The notes below the pieces were generated by a model. The model was given only the letters and a program-made list of their open reading frames with translations, ran no database searches and was not told the origin of the DNA. Below are positions 62,479-64,000 of a DNA stretch of 64,000 nt, piece by piece. The translations under genes and the position numbers were made by a program. The stretch's first letter is position 1; each line of letters starts with the position of its first letter. The DNA is from Hemiscyllium ocellatum (lineage: Eukaryota): positions 38,837,090-38,901,089 of the forward strand of contig NC_083435.1 in the NCBI RefSeq assembly GCF_020745735.1. Reading direction: 5' to 3'.

Positions 62479-62715
62479 TTGAACTACTTTGCAATATTTA
62501 AAGCTTACTTTTGCACTATCACCATAAACTGGAGATTGGAGAGTGAAATTTACAATTGTTGACTCTTATATGTCAATCAGCTCCTTGTCCTGTGCCTATA
62601 AATTGGATATTTAAAGGTAAGTGTAGGAACCATTTCTTACAAGGTGAAAAAGTTTCAAAAGAAGCAAAGAAGCACCTTCTTTCTTCACCAGATCCCTCAA
62701 CCTATCAAACGCCCA

Positions 62716-64000
62716 GTATTCTGGGTAATCTAAGATAGAGGACGGGGAAAAAGTCTGGCTATAACCGCTGCTCCTTTTTTGAGGTGTTTCAGATGTTGGA
62801 GGTGATTTCCTTGAATTCCAGGAGCAGCAATTACTGTTTTATATGCTGTTGTATTGTTTTGGAACTATGGAGAAAAAAATGTCAAAACAACAGCAGTTTA
62901 AAAGGGAGAAGATCAGACAAAGGAAGCACATGGTCTAGTCAGTGCAGGAGAAAGAGAGAGAGAGAGAGAAACTGATACCACAGTGAACCTGCACAGTTAC
63001 TGCCTTTGCTGTTTGAAGTTGTATCGCTGGACATTGGAGTGCGTCTGGGAAAATTATAAAACAATGAAATTTACAACTGATCTTGAAGGAACCTGTTTGG
63101 GAAAGGTCACAGCACAGAAGCAGATAAGTGGATTTTTAGTGCGGCATTAAAATAAGTCTGCAGTAGTGAGTAGAGTGGGTTCTTTCTTGATTATATGTTT
63201 TATTGAGCTATGTCTCTTGAATAAACATAAAATATAAGCCATAAGTGTTAATTTAACCTGGAACAGTGTTTTGTAGAGAAATAAGACAGTGCTATTTTCT
63301 GGGTCTGTAGACTGAAAGAAGTAAAAATGGCCATTAGTAGAGTGATATGCGCTTCCTGTCGGACGTGGGAGTTTATGGAGAGTTTACGGATTAATGGGTT
63401 AATGATATAATCTGCAATAAATACCGTTGGTTTGGAATCCTATCAGATCAAATGGATCGGGTGGAGAGGCAATGAAGAATTTACAAGAGCAAGGGGATGT
63501 GATGGATGGCAGTTACAGGCGGGGGAAAAGTCTCAGATACAGTCACACAGATGGGTTAACTCCAGAAAAGGTAGGAGAGGTAGGCGGGTAGTGCAGGAGT
63601 CTTCTGTGGTTATCCCCATTTCAAACAAGTATGCTGTTTTGGAAAATGTAGGGGGTGATGGACACTCAGGGGTACATAGCAGGAACAGCTAAGTTTCTGG
63701 TATTGAGGGGTACATCAGGTTCCATGCGATTGATTGTGTTAGGGGACTCTCTAGTCCGAGGTACAGACAGACGTTTCTGTGGTCAGCAGTGAAAAATCAG
63801 AATGGTGTGTTACTTCCCTGGTGCCAGGATCAAGGATGTCTTAGAGAGGGTGTAGAAAGCTCTCAAGGAGGGGTGGGACCAGCAAGAGGTTGTTGTACAC
63901 AATGGAACCAACAACATTGGAAGCGAAAAGATTGAGATTCTGAAGGGAGAATACAGAGAGTTAGACAGGAATTTAAAAAGAAGGTCCTCGAGAGTAGTAA
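62716..64000 (+). mobile_element. 5' part of a CR1 (5' UTR + broken ORF1), running off the window
   Basis: Colinear with 22149 onward. MAISRVICASCRTWEF zinc-finger start near 63327 and VLGDSLVRGTDRRFCG esterase motif. Confidence 0.85.

Overview
Eukaryotic, repeat-dense genomic DNA, most likely from a shark. The evidence is HE1/V-SINE-like and CR1 LINE families plus a shark-type MHC sequence; the exact species cannot be read from the sequence. The only host gene found is a complete, apparently intact MHC class II beta-chain gene on the + strand, which the ORF track almost entirely misses. It has six coding exons: 28360-28474, 28574-28831, 34696-34977, 39031-39147, 42494-42523 and 43803-43828. 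All introns are phase-1 GT-AG, and the spliced CDS is 828 nt (275 aa: leader, beta1, beta2/Ig-C1, TM, two cytoplasmic exons). Its CpG-rich promoter holds four 25-bp GC-box/Y-box (CTGATTGG) tandem units and a 20-bp YY1-type element identical to the 5' end of a full-length L1 about 17 kb upstream. No class II alpha gene is visible in the window. The rest is nested transposon debris: one full-length but ORF2-disabled L1 with TSD, a decayed Ty3/gypsy LTR element with Gmr1-like domain order, about 20 CR1 pieces (one full-length, one young copy with a 750-codon open RT frame), Penelope-like fragments carrying hammerhead-ribozyme cores and long inverted repeats, SINEs and microsatellites. Many repeat boundaries are approximate; no database searches were run.
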